Both the position numbers and the translations under genes were made by a program. The notes beneath the pieces were generated by a model. That model was not told where the DNA came from, did no database searches, and was given only the letters and a program-made list of their open reading frames with translations. Source: a virus. Taken from it: DNA of 64,000 nt. The DNA is taken from positions 1 to 64,000 of IMG/VR virus record IMGVR_UViG_3300032291_001296, one strand, 5' to 3'. Below, piece after piece: positions 9,485 to 18,880 of the stretch; position 1 is the first letter of the stretch; each line of letters opens with the position of its first letter.

Positions 9485-9645
9485 AAACATGGATATGGGA
9501 AGATGAAAAACTCTTCAATATAAACAGAGAATTACAACAGTTGATTGATGATAAAGTGGTAAAGACAGTTGTATCAATGTCTTTAGTACATGTACCTCAC
9601 CCAAAAGAGATTTACAAATATAGTGCAATCTTAATCTATAAGTAA
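9481..9645 (+). CDS. Hypothetical 54-aa protein (not in track)
   Basis: MKTWIWEDEKLF...AILIYK*, with an ATGA overlap; it fills the gap exactly. Confidence 0.65.
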   Translation: MKTWIWEDEKLFNINRELQQLIDDKVVKTVVSMSLVHVPHPKEIYKYSAILIYK

Positions 9646-9646
9646 T

Positions 9647-10699
9647 ATGATAAAAGGAACAGCAAAAACAGAAGCTCAATACAGAGCAGTGGTGATGGAT
9701 TCATCCAGTAGCCTAAAAGAATTCTCTCAAGATAGAAAGAAGTATTACAAAAAATATTTCCTTGGAGAGAAAGTAGAAGACAAAGATAGCTCTGCAGCTA
9801 ATATGGGTAGAATAGTTGAAACCCTACTTATGGAACCTCATCTATTTGATGAAAAATTCTATATGTCATCTTGTACTTCTACACCAACAGGATTAATGCT
9901 TGATTTTGTTGAAGCATTGTATAAATGTACAGAGCTTGCAACAAATGATGAAGGTAAGGTGGTGATAGATTTTTCAGAACTTTCTTTAGAAGCTTATCAT
10001 ATGTCAGGATTCAAAATTAAATATGAAGCTGTTATTAATAAGTTTATAGGAAGTGATGCTGAATTATATTATAATGAAATACGAACTATCAGAAGCAAAA
10101 ATCTAACTGTTGTGAACACTACAGAGATAGCTGTTGCAGAGAAGATTGTAGAGCAGCTTAAGACTAATAGCACCACTGGTCCAATTGTTAATCTTGTAAA
10201 CAGCTCTAGATATGAAATCATAAATCAGATGCAGGTGGAAGGATATGAAATAAATAGTCATAAGTTCAAGAGTATGTTGGATAAAGTGGTAATTGATCAT
10301 GATCAGAAGACTATCCAGCCATATGATCTTAAGTGCACATGGAGTGTTGAGAACTTCTATGAAGAGTATTACTTGTACAGAAGAGCGTACATCCAAGCGT
10401 ACTTATATTTCTATGCCATGATACATCTTGTAGATGATCCAGAGAGTCCATATTATGGATATACAGTGGAATATCTAAAGTTTATTGTATGTGATAGCAC
10501 CAACTATTATCAGCCTTTAATCTATACATTAGATATTGATGATATGGGAGATGCTTATCATGGATTTACACACAAAGGAAGAACTTATCCTGGTGTAAAA
10601 GATTTGATAGCTGCATTAAGCTGGTGTATTGAAACAAATACATGGAACATAAGCCACAAAAATTATTTGTCTAACGGAATAGTAAACATTAAGGGATAG
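9647..10699 (+). CDS. PD-(D/E)XK exonuclease (RecE/exonuclease VIII-like)
   Basis: SSSSLK, G..VE.LL, KSMLDK..YDLK and YIQAYLY. Confidence 0.75.
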   Translation: MIKGTAKTEAQYRAVVMDSSSSLKEFSQDRKKYYKKYFLGEKVEDKDSSAANMGRIVETLLMEPHLFDEKFYMSSCTSTPTGLMLDFVEALYKCTELATNDEGKVVIDFSELSLEAYHMSGFKIKYEAVINKFIGSDAELYYNEIRTIRSKNLTVVNTTEIAVAEKIVEQLKTNSTTGPIVNLVNSSRYEIINQMQVEGYEINSHKFKSMLDKVVIDHDQKTIQPYDLKCTWSVENFYEEYYLYRRAYIQAYLYFYAMIHLVDDPESPYYGYTVEYLKFIVCDSTNYYQPLIYTLDIDDMGDAYHGFTHKGRTYPGVKDLIAALSWCIETNTWNISHKNYLSNGIVNIKG

Positions 10700-10703
10700 A
10701 CCT

Positions 10704-11273
10704 ATGGAAATAAAAAAGAATATAACTAGCATCTTCATGGTGCCCACTTTAAAAGCACCTAAAGATGCTCTTAGAAACAATGGTTTTATTAATGCATACA
10801 TCAAAGATGTAAGAAGAGAAGATCAATATAAAGGATGTATTTATTTATTATTTAAACCTGAGAATCTAGATAAGTTCAGAGAGTTCTTAGATGGTGAATA
10901 TGAAAGAACAAAACATATCATAGAAGATTATGATTATGAAGATGGTTTTGTTGTTGTTGTATATCAACTAGATAATAAGTATAAGAAAGACTTTGATCTA
11001 ATTAGAAGAGGAAGTTATTCTAAAACTTCAGCAACATTTCAAAAGCTATTTCCAAAAATAGTAAAGATAAAAAGAGCAGGATTACATAAAGATGAAATAT
11101 CTTTGCAATATAGAATCTTTAATAGATCTGAAGATCTTATAGAATTCTGGGAAAATAAACTTGGAATTGAATGGGAAGATGATTATGAAGTGTGGGATGG
11201 TTGGGACGAACAAAAAGAAATTTTAGAACTTGATAAAATAAAAGAAATATTATGTGCAATAGAGAAATCTTAG
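10704..11273 (+). CDS. Hypothetical phage protein
   Basis: 189-aa ORF within the operon. Confidence 0.75.
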   Translation: MEIKKNITSIFMVPTLKAPKDALRNNGFINAYIKDVRREDQYKGCIYLLFKPENLDKFREFLDGEYERTKHIIEDYDYEDGFVVVVYQLDNKYKKDFDLIRRGSYSKTSATFQKLFPKIVKIKRAGLHKDEISLQYRIFNRSEDLIEFWENKLGIEWEDDYEVWDGWDEQKEILELDKIKEILCAIEKS

Positions 11274-11455
11274 AAAAGATAATAGAAGAGTTTGGAGTGG
11301 AAAAAGCCACTCAATTTTGTGAAATAGCTGCAACAATGTATGACATTAAATATAATGCAGCTAAAGAACTAGATCCACTAAGTGAATTTGACTTTGAAAG
11401 AGTTTGGTGGTTAGATAAATTTATAGAACTTAATAAAGAACTAGAAATAGATTAA
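11252..11455 (+). CDS. Hypothetical protein
   Basis: 67-aa ORF within the operon. Confidence 0.65.
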   Translation: MCNREILEKIIEEFGVEKATQFCEIAATMYDIKYNAAKELDPLSEFDFERVWWLDKFIELNKELEID

Positions 11456-11456
11456 T

Positions 11457-11846
11457 ATGAAAGGAATAGAATTATTAGAAAAATATCCATTAGCAGCTTC
11501 TGTAATTAGAAACTGGTTTATATGGAGAATGGTTGAAGCACTTGAGAGTGAATCAATTGATGAGGAATTTAAACAATATATGCGTGATCAAGGAATAGAG
11601 AATGAAAGAATGGGAACACTAATTGATTTAAATCCTAGAATGCTTCTTGATGTATTTGATGAGCATGAAGTGTTCATAGAAACATTTTTATATCCAGATA
11701 ATACATTTACAATAAAGATTGGTAATGAGGCCACTACTAACTCTTGGAAGACAAGAAAAGAAGCAGAACTATTTGCTATAGAAGCTGCATTTGAAATATT
11801 AAATAAACAATTAACACCAAAAGAAGAAACTAATGAGAACGAGTAA
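11457..11846 (+). CDS. Hypothetical protein
   Basis: 129-aa ORF. Confidence 0.7.
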   Translation: MKGIELLEKYPLAASVIRNWFIWRMVEALESESIDEEFKQYMRDQGIENERMGTLIDLNPRMLLDVFDEHEVFIETFLYPDNTFTIKIGNEATTNSWKTRKEAELFAIEAAFEILNKQLTPKEETNENE

Positions 11847-12168
11847 AGAATTCAATGAGAAGTACAAAGACTATCTAGAAGGTGAATCTGGAATGTTATT
11901 AGATGTTCCAGCTGTAATATCATATGTACATGAAGTGTTTAATGATCTTACTTTGATCCCTGGATTCAAGTATGAAGAAATCACTACACAACATGGATTA
12001 GCAAGAGTGAGAACAAATCTTCAAGAGATTATGCCATTCGCAGGTAGAATATTAGAACAAGAACTTGAAGAGAAGATTAATTTCATCTTGAAAGTGGAAT
12101 TCGAAATAGAACATAGATTAAAAAGTTTAAACCTAGACAAAGATGGAAAAAGTATTCAATCAGTTTAA
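11833..12168 (+). CDS. Hypothetical protein
   Basis: 111-aa ORF. Confidence 0.7.
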   Translation: MRTSKEFNEKYKDYLEGESGMLLDVPAVISYVHEVFNDLTLIPGFKYEEITTQHGLARVRTNLQEIMPFAGRILEQELEEKINFILKVEFEIEHRLKSLNLDKDGKSIQSV

Positions 12169-12391
12169 GAACATGTCTGTTGTTCATCCTAAGTATACAG
12201 GAGTGGTGTGTGGCTATAATGAAAGCCACATCATCCTTGCTGTAGAGACTACCAGTAAAGACTTCTTTAGAAAGATACAAGCTCCATACATCATGGAAGA
12301 GTATAAAGATAGTAAATATAGGTATGTCTTAGAAGATGAGCGAGAGCTTATAAAACAATCTAATAATGGCAGAGCTACCACTAAAAACTAA
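12143..12391 (+). CDS. Hypothetical protein
   Basis: 82-aa ORF. Confidence 0.65.
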   Translation: MEKVFNQFKNMSVVHPKYTGVVCGYNESHIILAVETTSKDFFRKIQAPYIMEEYKDSKYRYVLEDERELIKQSNNGRATTKN

Positions 12392-12536
12392 GTTGCTCAT
12401 CTATGAATATAAAGAACGTTATCCTATGTTATCACCTAATGAAATAGCAAACTTGTTTCAGATAAGTGAAGTGGATGTAGTAGATTTATTTGTTGAAGGA
12501 GAAATAATTGTTTCTTCTAAGATGAATAAGAAATAA
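12366..12536 (+). CDS. 56-aa possible HTH protein (not in track)
   Basis: MAELPLKTKLLIYEYKERYPMLSPNEIANLFQISEVDV..., with an HTH-like SPNEIANLFQIS segment. Confidence 0.55.
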   Translation: MAELPLKTKLLIYEYKERYPMLSPNEIANLFQISEVDVVDLFVEGEIIVSSKMNKK

Positions 12537-12569
12537 TTTTGTATATTAGCAAAATGAAATATGCATGCT

Positions 12570-12734
12570 ATGGGAAAAAAAGATTATATACAAAACGTAG
12601 ATTACTACCTAGAGAATGGTAGAGTTATATTCACAGAGAAGTATCTTAAAGAAAGAGGCCCTTGCTGTGGTGGTAAATGTAGACATTGTCCATACACAGA
12701 AAGAGCAAAAAATAATACTGAGTTAAAAAAATAA
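12570..12734 (+). CDS. DUF5522-like Cys-rich protein (not in track)
   Basis: DYYLENGRVIFTEKYLKERGPCCGGKCRHCPY signature. Confidence 0.75.
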   Translation: MGKKDYIQNVDYYLENGRVIFTEKYLKERGPCCGGKCRHCPYTERAKNNTELKK

Positions 12735-12761
12735 TTTCTGTTCTGTTTTTTAATTGTTGAG

Positions 12762-12790
12762 AAGGCCCTAGAGAAATCTGGGGCTTTTTT
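12762..12790 (+). terminator. Rho-independent terminator
   Basis: AAGGCCCTAGA-GAAA-TCTGGGGCTTT followed by TTT. Confidence 0.85.
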
Positions 12791-12856
12791 ATCCTCAATT
12801 CATTAGGAAATAAGCAGAAAATTCACTATCTTTAAACAATTAAAAACAATTAAATA

Positions 12857-13939
12857 ATGGCAAAAAAAGCAGTAAACAAAGAAACTACCAACAAGTTTCA
12901 AGAAGCAATGGATAAGCTAAACAAAGCTTACGGTGTTGGATCAATCTTAGCATTAGATTCTAAAACAGGAGGAGATTATGATGTAATCAGTACAGGTAGT
13001 ATTGGTTTTGATCACATTGCTCTTGGCGTAGGAGGATTTGTGAAGGGTAAAATGTATGAACTAATGGGCTGGGAGGGCACAGGTAAATCTACCATCTGTG
13101 GTCATGCTGCAGCTGAGTGTCAGAAAGCAGGAGGAACTGTTCTTTATATCGATGGTGAGCATGCTGTTGATAAGAACTATTTCAAGAAACTAGGAGTGGA
13201 CACAACTAAGATGTTGATTGCTCAACCATCATGTGGTGAGGAGGGTTTCAACATTGCTATGGAGATGATTAACACTGGAGATATTGATCTAGTGATTATC
13301 GATTCAGATTCATCGCTTATTCCTAAGAGACAATTAGATGGTGATGTAGGTGATTCTACTATCGGTTACAAAGCTAGATTGAATAGTAATGCATATCCAA
13401 AACTTAAGGGAGCTCTATCACAACACAATGTATGTGTTATTGTTATCTCTCAGTATCGTGAGAAGATTGGTGTTATGTTTGGTAACCCAACAACAACTCA
13501 AGGTGGACATGCATTGAAATTCTATGCAGATGTTCGTATAGAGGTAGCAAGAACTCTTGCAAAAGATGGAGATGTAAACTATGGTAACATCACTAAGGTG
13601 AAAGCTATCAAGAATAAGATGTCTCCTCCATATAGAAAAGCAGAGTTTGAAATAGTTTATGGTCATGGTATTGATAAACTTGATGAGATGATGAGTCTTC
13701 TTAACGAGTTTGAAATAGGTAGAAAGTATGGTAAGACTATGACAATTGATGGAACTAAGTATGACTTAGAAGAATTCAAACAATTGGTTCTTGACAATCC
13801 AGAATTCTATGATGAACTTAAAGAGAAGATTATTGCTAAAATCAATGAGTCTGAAATAGAAGTTGAAGAAATAGAAGTAGAAGATGAAGAATTAGTAACT
13901 CCACCACCAGCTTCACAAGCTGATTTATTTGATTTATAA
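12857..13939 (+). CDS. recA: RecA recombinase
   Basis: ISTGS, Walker A GWEGTGKST, IDGEHA, Q.REKIGVMFGNP.TT.GGHALKFYADVR and KNKMSPP. Confidence 0.95.
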   Translation: MAKKAVNKETTNKFQEAMDKLNKAYGVGSILALDSKTGGDYDVISTGSIGFDHIALGVGGFVKGKMYELMGWEGTGKSTICGHAAAECQKAGGTVLYIDGEHAVDKNYFKKLGVDTTKMLIAQPSCGEEGFNIAMEMINTGDIDLVIIDSDSSLIPKRQLDGDVGDSTIGYKARLNSNAYPKLKGALSQHNVCVIVISQYREKIGVMFGNPTTTQGGHALKFYADVRIEVARTLAKDGDVNYGNITKVKAIKNKMSPPYRKAEFEIVYGHGIDKLDEMMSLLNEFEIGRKYGKTMTIDGTKYDLEEFKQLVLDNPEFYDELKEKIIAKINESEIEVEEIEVEDEELVTPPPASQADLFDL

Positions 13940-13940
13940 T

Positions 13941-14147
13941 ATGGAAGATAAAATAGTTGAAGCAGTAAGAGCTGATCTATTACAGAGATCTCAAGTGGGT
14001 ATTAGCAAGTATAATACCACACTTGAGAGAACTGATATTGATCTAAAAGGTTGGTTACAGCATTCATATGAAGAATGCTTAGATATGGCCAACTATCTAA
14101 AGAGATGTATAATTGAATTGGAAAACAATGAAAGAGTACAAAAATAG
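13941..14147 (+). CDS. Small helical phage protein (possibly NTP-PPase-like)
   Basis: RSQVGISKYNTTL..WLQHSYEECLDMANYL, a pattern common in phage proteins. Confidence 0.6.
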   Translation: MEDKIVEAVRADLLQRSQVGISKYNTTLERTDIDLKGWLQHSYEECLDMANYLKRCIIELENNERVQK

Positions 14148-14526
14148 ATATGGTGATGTTTTTACATTCAGTGAGGATGGTGAAAAAAACATTCTATGGC
14201 AGGGAAACTTTGAATTCTGTAGAATAGGGATGCCTAACAATTACACTAATGCATATAATGCATATTGCAATGATGTAACCACTCCTATGTCAATAAAAGA
14301 ATTTGAGAAAGCTGTTCATGGGTATGATGATGAAACACTTAAATGGGACTATCCTAAATATCTAGTGATGGTAGAATCTCTGAAAGATGAAATAGATATG
14401 GTTGACCCTAGTGGTGGACCATATTTATCTAGAGGTATGTCTATGGATAGTTTTGGATTTGTAGGATGTATCATAGAAGACTTCAAACCTATTGATACAG
14501 GATTTAAAATAATTATAAAAAAATAA
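14128..14526 (+). CDS. Hypothetical protein
   Basis: KNRYGD...MVDPSGGPYL; ATG 14128. Confidence 0.65.
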   Translation: MKEYKNRYGDVFTFSEDGEKNILWQGNFEFCRIGMPNNYTNAYNAYCNDVTTPMSIKEFEKAVHGYDDETLKWDYPKYLVMVESLKDEIDMVDPSGGPYLSRGMSMDSFGFVGCIIEDFKPIDTGFKIIIKK

Positions 14527-14527
14527 T

Positions 14528-14875
14528 ATGAAAAGTTATAATGAATTAGAAGCCCTTGTTATAGCATGGGCAGCACAGAAAGGTATTCTAGATAATGGAA
14601 CACCAAAAGCACAAGCTGGTAAAACAATGGAAGAAGTGCAAGAACTTATTGATGCAATTGATACAGATAATAAAATAGAGATAGAAGATGCACTAGGTGA
14701 TATTCTAGTTACCATCATTATACAAGCAGAGATGCAACAGATGAGTCTTGTTGATTGCTTAGAGAGTGCGTATAACATTATTGCTAAACGTACAGGTAAG
14801 ATGGTAGGTGGTCAATTTGTTAAAGATAGCACTGATCATCCTGGATTTAGCAATGAAAACCAGTCACATACATAA
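14528..14875 (+). CDS. MazG-like nucleotide pyrophosphohydrolase
   Basis: EEVQEL..DALGDILV and C...AY..I..R.GKM..G.FVK. Confidence 0.85.
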   Translation: MKSYNELEALVIAWAAQKGILDNGTPKAQAGKTMEEVQELIDAIDTDNKIEIEDALGDILVTIIIQAEMQQMSLVDCLESAYNIIAKRTGKMVGGQFVKDSTDHPGFSNENQSHT

Positions 14876-15291
14876 TGAAATGTAAGACTTGTGGAAAAAA
14901 CTCTGATGGAGAATATTGTTTCCAACATAAAGCTAGAAGACCCTTATCATCTGGTAAGGGTTTTTCTAGTAATATGAATGGTAAATCGTTCACTAAAGGT
15001 CCAAAGAAAGATAATGAACGAGTTATCATACAAAGAGAATTCTTTTTATCTATATGGAAGAAAAGGCCACATAAATCAGAAGTGAGTGGTGCATATCTTG
15101 GTAGTGAAGCTATGTCTACATACTTTCATCACATTCTTGCAAAAGAAAAATACCCAGAAGCTTGTTTGGATGAAGAAAATATTATACTTTTGACCCTAGA
15201 GGAACATTCTACTGTTGAAAGTGACATGTATAGATATGAGGAGGTAAATAAAAGACGTAATCATTTATTAACCAAATATGAAAGAACCTAA
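14875..15291 (+). CDS. HNH-like/Zn-binding protein
   Basis: CKTC..C..H N-terminus and FHHIL..YP..ENIILL..EH. Confidence 0.55.
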   Translation: MKCKTCGKNSDGEYCFQHKARRPLSSGKGFSSNMNGKSFTKGPKKDNERVIIQREFFLSIWKKRPHKSEVSGAYLGSEAMSTYFHHILAKEKYPEACLDEENIILLTLEEHSTVESDMYRYEEVNKRRNHLLTKYERT

Positions 15292-15925
15292 CAGGGAAAG
15301 AAAGAGCGATATTAAATATAATGTTACTCTCAACGAAGAACAAAAGCTTGCTAAGCAGCTTATAATAGACAATCAGATTGTTATTGTAACTGGAAGAGCG
15401 GGAAGTGGTAAGTCTTTAATATGTGCCCAAGCAGCTCTAGACTTCTTAATGAAGAAACAATGTGATCATATCTATGTTACAAGAGCTACAATCGAAGTGG
15501 GAGGATCTTTAGGATTCTTACCAGGAGATTTAGAAGATAAGTTCAATCCTTACTTAGAAGCATTCCAAGAAAACTTAGAGAAGTGTTATGATAAAGTGAA
15601 GATTCAAGAACTTGTAAAGAACAAAAGAGTGATTGCATATCCTGTACAATTCATTAGAGGAAAAACAATTGATGATGTTCTTGTAGTGGAAGAAGCTCAG
15701 AACTTAACCAAAGGGGAAATGCTTGCTATTCTAACTAGACTAGGAAAGAATGGAAAAATCATCATTAATGGTGATAATGAACAAAAAGACATAAAGGAAT
15801 CATACACTGGACTGTCTTATGCTATAGAGCTCTCTAAGAAAATAGAGGGTATAGAGTGGATCAAACTTAAAGCAAATCACAGAAGTGATCTTGTAGGTAA
15901 AATATTAGACTTAGAATATAATTAA
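15278..15925 (+). CDS. phoH: PhoH-family ATPase
   Basis: GRAGSGKS, LGFLPGDL, RGKT, EEAQN, LTRLG and GD..QKD. Confidence 0.93.
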   Translation: MKEPNRERKSDIKYNVTLNEEQKLAKQLIIDNQIVIVTGRAGSGKSLICAQAALDFLMKKQCDHIYVTRATIEVGGSLGFLPGDLEDKFNPYLEAFQENLEKCYDKVKIQELVKNKRVIAYPVQFIRGKTIDDVLVVEEAQNLTKGEMLAILTRLGKNGKIIINGDNEQKDIKESYTGLSYAIELSKKIEGIEWIKLKANHRSDLVGKILDLEYN

Positions 15926-15926
15926 C

Positions 15927-16181
15927 ATGAGTGTAGAAGTATTAAAATTTAGTGCAACATGGTGTGGTCCATGTAGAGTGTTAGCTCAAACTTTAAAAGA
16001 TGTTGAAGGAATTACAAACATCGATATAGATAAAGATATGGAAACTGCTAGAAAGTATGGAATCAGAAGTGTACCAACACTTGTATTCTTGAAAGATGGT
16101 AAAGAAGTACATAGACAATCTGGTAACATGCCAATAACCATGTATAACCAAATCCTAGATGAAATTAATCTCAATAAATAA
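15927..16181 (+). CDS. Thioredoxin
   Basis: WCGPC and IRSVPT. Confidence 0.95.
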   Translation: MSVEVLKFSATWCGPCRVLAQTLKDVEGITNIDIDKDMETARKYGIRSVPTLVFLKDGKEVHRQSGNMPITMYNQILDEINLNK

Positions 16182-16186
16182 TTAAC

Positions 16187-16462
16187 ATGAAAAACCAATT
16201 TTTTTACACAGCTGTAATAGCTGACAAGGAGTACATTGCTTCTTTAAACATTAACAAGGTGATTAGAACCTTAGAGAACGATGAAGCAGGTCTTATCATC
16301 ATCTTAGATGATTTCAATGAAAGAGTTACAGAACAACCAGACATTGATACTAAGACTAACAAGTTTAAAGGAATGAAGAAAGTGCGTGAGACTGTTCAAT
16401 CAGAAATCACATTGAACAAAGAAGACGCAGAAAGATTTATTAAACTATTTGAAATTAAATAA
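16187..16462 (+). CDS. Hypothetical protein
   Basis: 91-aa ORF. Confidence 0.7.
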   Translation: MKNQFFYTAVIADKEYIASLNINKVIRTLENDEAGLIIILDDFNERVTEQPDIDTKTNKFKGMKKVRETVQSEITLNKEDAERFIKLFEIK

Positions 16463-16464
16463 TC

Positions 16465-16713
16465 ATGTCAGAAGAAAATCAAAAAGAAATGACATTTGGA
16501 GAAAAGTTAGTAGGTCTAACTTTTAATCCATCAGGAGATCCTAAAGTTCAAAGAGCAAAAGAACTTTGCGCTGAATTAGCAGATTTAATCTATGAAGATT
16601 ATGATAACAAAGAAGAAGTAACAGACTTTTATGATTATCTTTATGAGCATACTGTAGGAGAAATCCTTAATGCTCAAATGAATGTTGTAAAAGTATTAAC
16701 CTTTAAATATTAA
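16465..16713 (+). CDS. Acb2/Tad1-like helical-hairpin protein (candidate immune-signal sponge)
   Basis: TFGEKLVGLTFNPSGD..V..K..AEL.D and a C-terminal helix EILNAQMNVVKVLT, resembling the Acb2/Vs.4 A.MW.K/RA pattern. Confidence 0.5.
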   Translation: MSEENQKEMTFGEKLVGLTFNPSGDPKVQRAKELCAELADLIYEDYDNKEEVTDFYDYLYEHTVGEILNAQMNVVKVLTFKY

Positions 16714-16717
16714 ACCA

Positions 16718-16999
16718 ATGGCAAAGTTATTAGGAAATCGTATCTACTTAGAGATACCAAAGAAAGAAGAGAGCAAGCTTATTGTAGATGAAAATACAAA
16801 AGAAGCTTTAGAAAAAGAGATGCTTAAAAAAATGAGCAAGCTTAAAGTACATTCTGTAGGAACAGCTAATATGGAAGTTCAACCAGGAGATGAAGTGTTA
16901 GTAGATCCAGCAGCTTTATCAAAAGCTCCTTTAATCCCTTTATCAGAAGATGAGCAAGTGTTACTTGTTTCTCCATTTGATATTATAATGATTTGGTAA
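16718..16999 (+). CDS. GroES-like co-chaperonin
   Basis: LLGNRIYL, VHSVG, VQPGDEVLV and DII, with GroES size and spacing. Confidence 0.7.
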   Translation: MAKLLGNRIYLEIPKKEESKLIVDENTKEALEKEMLKKMSKLKVHSVGTANMEVQPGDEVLVDPAALSKAPLIPLSEDEQVLLVSPFDIIMIW

Positions 17000-17001
17000 T
17001 T

Positions 17002-17760
17002 ATGGAATATCCTTTTATTAGTTGCAAATGTATAACTTATGGAAGAGTAGAAACTCTGGAGGAAGCTGTTGAAAGCTTCCTTCGTCAAGAGTATCCTGGT
17101 AAGAAAGAACTTATCATAGTTAATGATTACCCTTTACAAAAGTTGATATACGATCATCCAGAGATAAAGATTTATAACATGGATGAAACATTTCCTACAA
17201 TTGGAGATAAAGAGAACTACGCTATAGAGAAATGTTCTGGAGAACTAATTGCTGTATGGGATGATGATGATGTAGCTTTACCTAATCACCTATCTAACAT
17301 AGCTAAGTTCTGGAGACCAGATGCTAATCTTTTACACTGGCAGAATGGTGTGTTCTATAATGAACCTAGTATAACAAACTTAATGGCTCTTGGTAATTCA
17401 GGTATTGTATATAGCAAAAGAGCTTGGGAAGAGATTGGAAGAAGTCCAATTGAGAACGCTGGTGGTGATATGACATTAGTTGTAGCTCTACATAACTTAG
17501 GAAGAGATAAAGTGATATTAGCTGATCCTCCTAATGAAGAATGTTCTTGGTTCTATATGTGGGGTGGTAGAGGATATCACCAATCAGGATTAGGAACAGA
17601 CACTGCAGATAGACCTAATGTTATACAAAGACATAGTGATTACATAGAAGGCTTGAGAAAAAAAGGACAAATCCCTACAGGAGATGTTCATTTAATGCCT
17701 CAATGGAATAAGAACTATATTCAAATGCTAAAAGACTATATCAATGAAAAACATTCATAG
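17002..17760 (+). CDS. GT2-family glycosyltransferase
   Basis: ISCKCITYGR, SFLRQEY, ELIIVND and WDDDD (DxD). Confidence 0.88.
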   Translation: MEYPFISCKCITYGRVETLEEAVESFLRQEYPGKKELIIVNDYPLQKLIYDHPEIKIYNMDETFPTIGDKENYAIEKCSGELIAVWDDDDVALPNHLSNIAKFWRPDANLLHWQNGVFYNEPSITNLMALGNSGIVYSKRAWEEIGRSPIENAGGDMTLVVALHNLGRDKVILADPPNEECSWFYMWGGRGYHQSGLGTDTADRPNVIQRHSDYIEGLRKKGQIPTGDVHLMPQWNKNYIQMLKDYINEKHS

Positions 17761-18226
17761 TACAGCAGTAATTGGTAAAAATGTTACAATAGAGGACGAT
17801 GTTTACATAGGTCCTTATTGTGTTATAGGAATGCCTGCTGAATGGAAAGGTAAAGAAGATGTAGATCAAGGTGTTCTTATAAAAAAAGGAACTAGAATAA
17901 CAGGATTAGTTACAATTGATTCTGGTGTAGAAAAAGTAACTACTATAGGTGAGAACTGTTATCTTATGAAACATTCTCATGTTGGACATGATGCACAACT
18001 TAAAGACAATGTTACATTAAGTTGTGGTGCCAAAATAGGAGGTCATTCTATTATTGAAAACAATACTAACATTGGTTTGAACGCAGTGATTCATCAGAAG
18101 GTAACTGTACCTGAAGGATGTATGATTGGAGCTTCTGCATTTGTTGGTAAAAAATCAACACTTAAACCTTTTCATAAATACGCTGGAGTACCAGTTAAAG
18201 AGTTAGGAACAAATGAGCGACGTTAG
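17744..18226 (+). CDS. LpxA-like left-handed beta-helix acyl/acetyltransferase
   Basis: Hexapeptide repeats, HVGHD, IHQ and AGVP. Confidence 0.88.
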   Translation: MKNIHSTAVIGKNVTIEDDVYIGPYCVIGMPAEWKGKEDVDQGVLIKKGTRITGLVTIDSGVEKVTTIGENCYLMKHSHVGHDAQLKDNVTLSCGAKIGGHSIIENNTNIGLNAVIHQKVTVPEGCMIGASAFVGKKSTLKPFHKYAGVPVKELGTNERR

Positions 18227-18848
18227 AATAACAGTTAATCTCCCTTGTTACGGTAGACCTGAAAGAACCAAGAGATCCATACAATGTATATTGGATCAGG
18301 ATATTAATGGTTGGGAAGCTTTTATAATGGGAGATGCTTGTCCACATTTTCAAAAACTTATAGATAGTGGTTATCTACAATCTATTAAAGAAGAACAAGA
18401 AAAGAAAGGAAATATAATTCACTACTTCAATGCTGAAGTTAATTCAGGAGGATGTGGATATAAATTAACTAATCATGCTATACAGAATGCTACAGGTAAA
18501 TACTTTGTATTCTATGCTAATGATGATGTTATTCTTAATAATCACTTTAGTAATTATCTAGAAATAGAAAAAACCGAACTTGATTATATGTTCTTTAATT
18601 CTTGGATAGATCCTATACGTAGTGCTAGAGACTCAAGACTTGCTCCTAGTGTAATAGGCCATAGTGAAATAATACTCAAGACAGAACTAGCAAAGAAGTT
18701 ACCAGAACATTCAGCAAAGTACGGTCATGATTGGGAATTTATATATGCTATGTCACAACAAGGAAAAGGTGAGAAGTCAAAAAGCCAGATTCTTTCTTAT
18801 AGAGTGATGCATGTACCAAATCTCGGTACAAAAGATAGAATAAATTAA
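18213..18848 (+). CDS. GT2-family glycosyltransferase
   Basis: VNLPCYGRP, ATGKY..ANDD and HDWEF. Confidence 0.82.
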   Translation: MSDVRITVNLPCYGRPERTKRSIQCILDQDINGWEAFIMGDACPHFQKLIDSGYLQSIKEEQEKKGNIIHYFNAEVNSGGCGYKLTNHAIQNATGKYFVFYANDDVILNNHFSNYLEIEKTELDYMFFNSWIDPIRSARDSRLAPSVIGHSEIILKTELAKKLPEHSAKYGHDWEFIYAMSQQGKGEKSKSQILSYRVMHVPNLGTKDRIN

Positions 18849-18850
18849 TA

Positions 18851-18880
18851 AAAAAAGCCCCTTAATTGGGGCTTTATTAT
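18851..18880. terminator. Bidirectional terminator at the convergence of the + and - gene blocks
   Basis: A-tract, AAAGCCCC-TTAATT-GGGGCTTT, then T-rich sequence. Confidence 0.85.
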
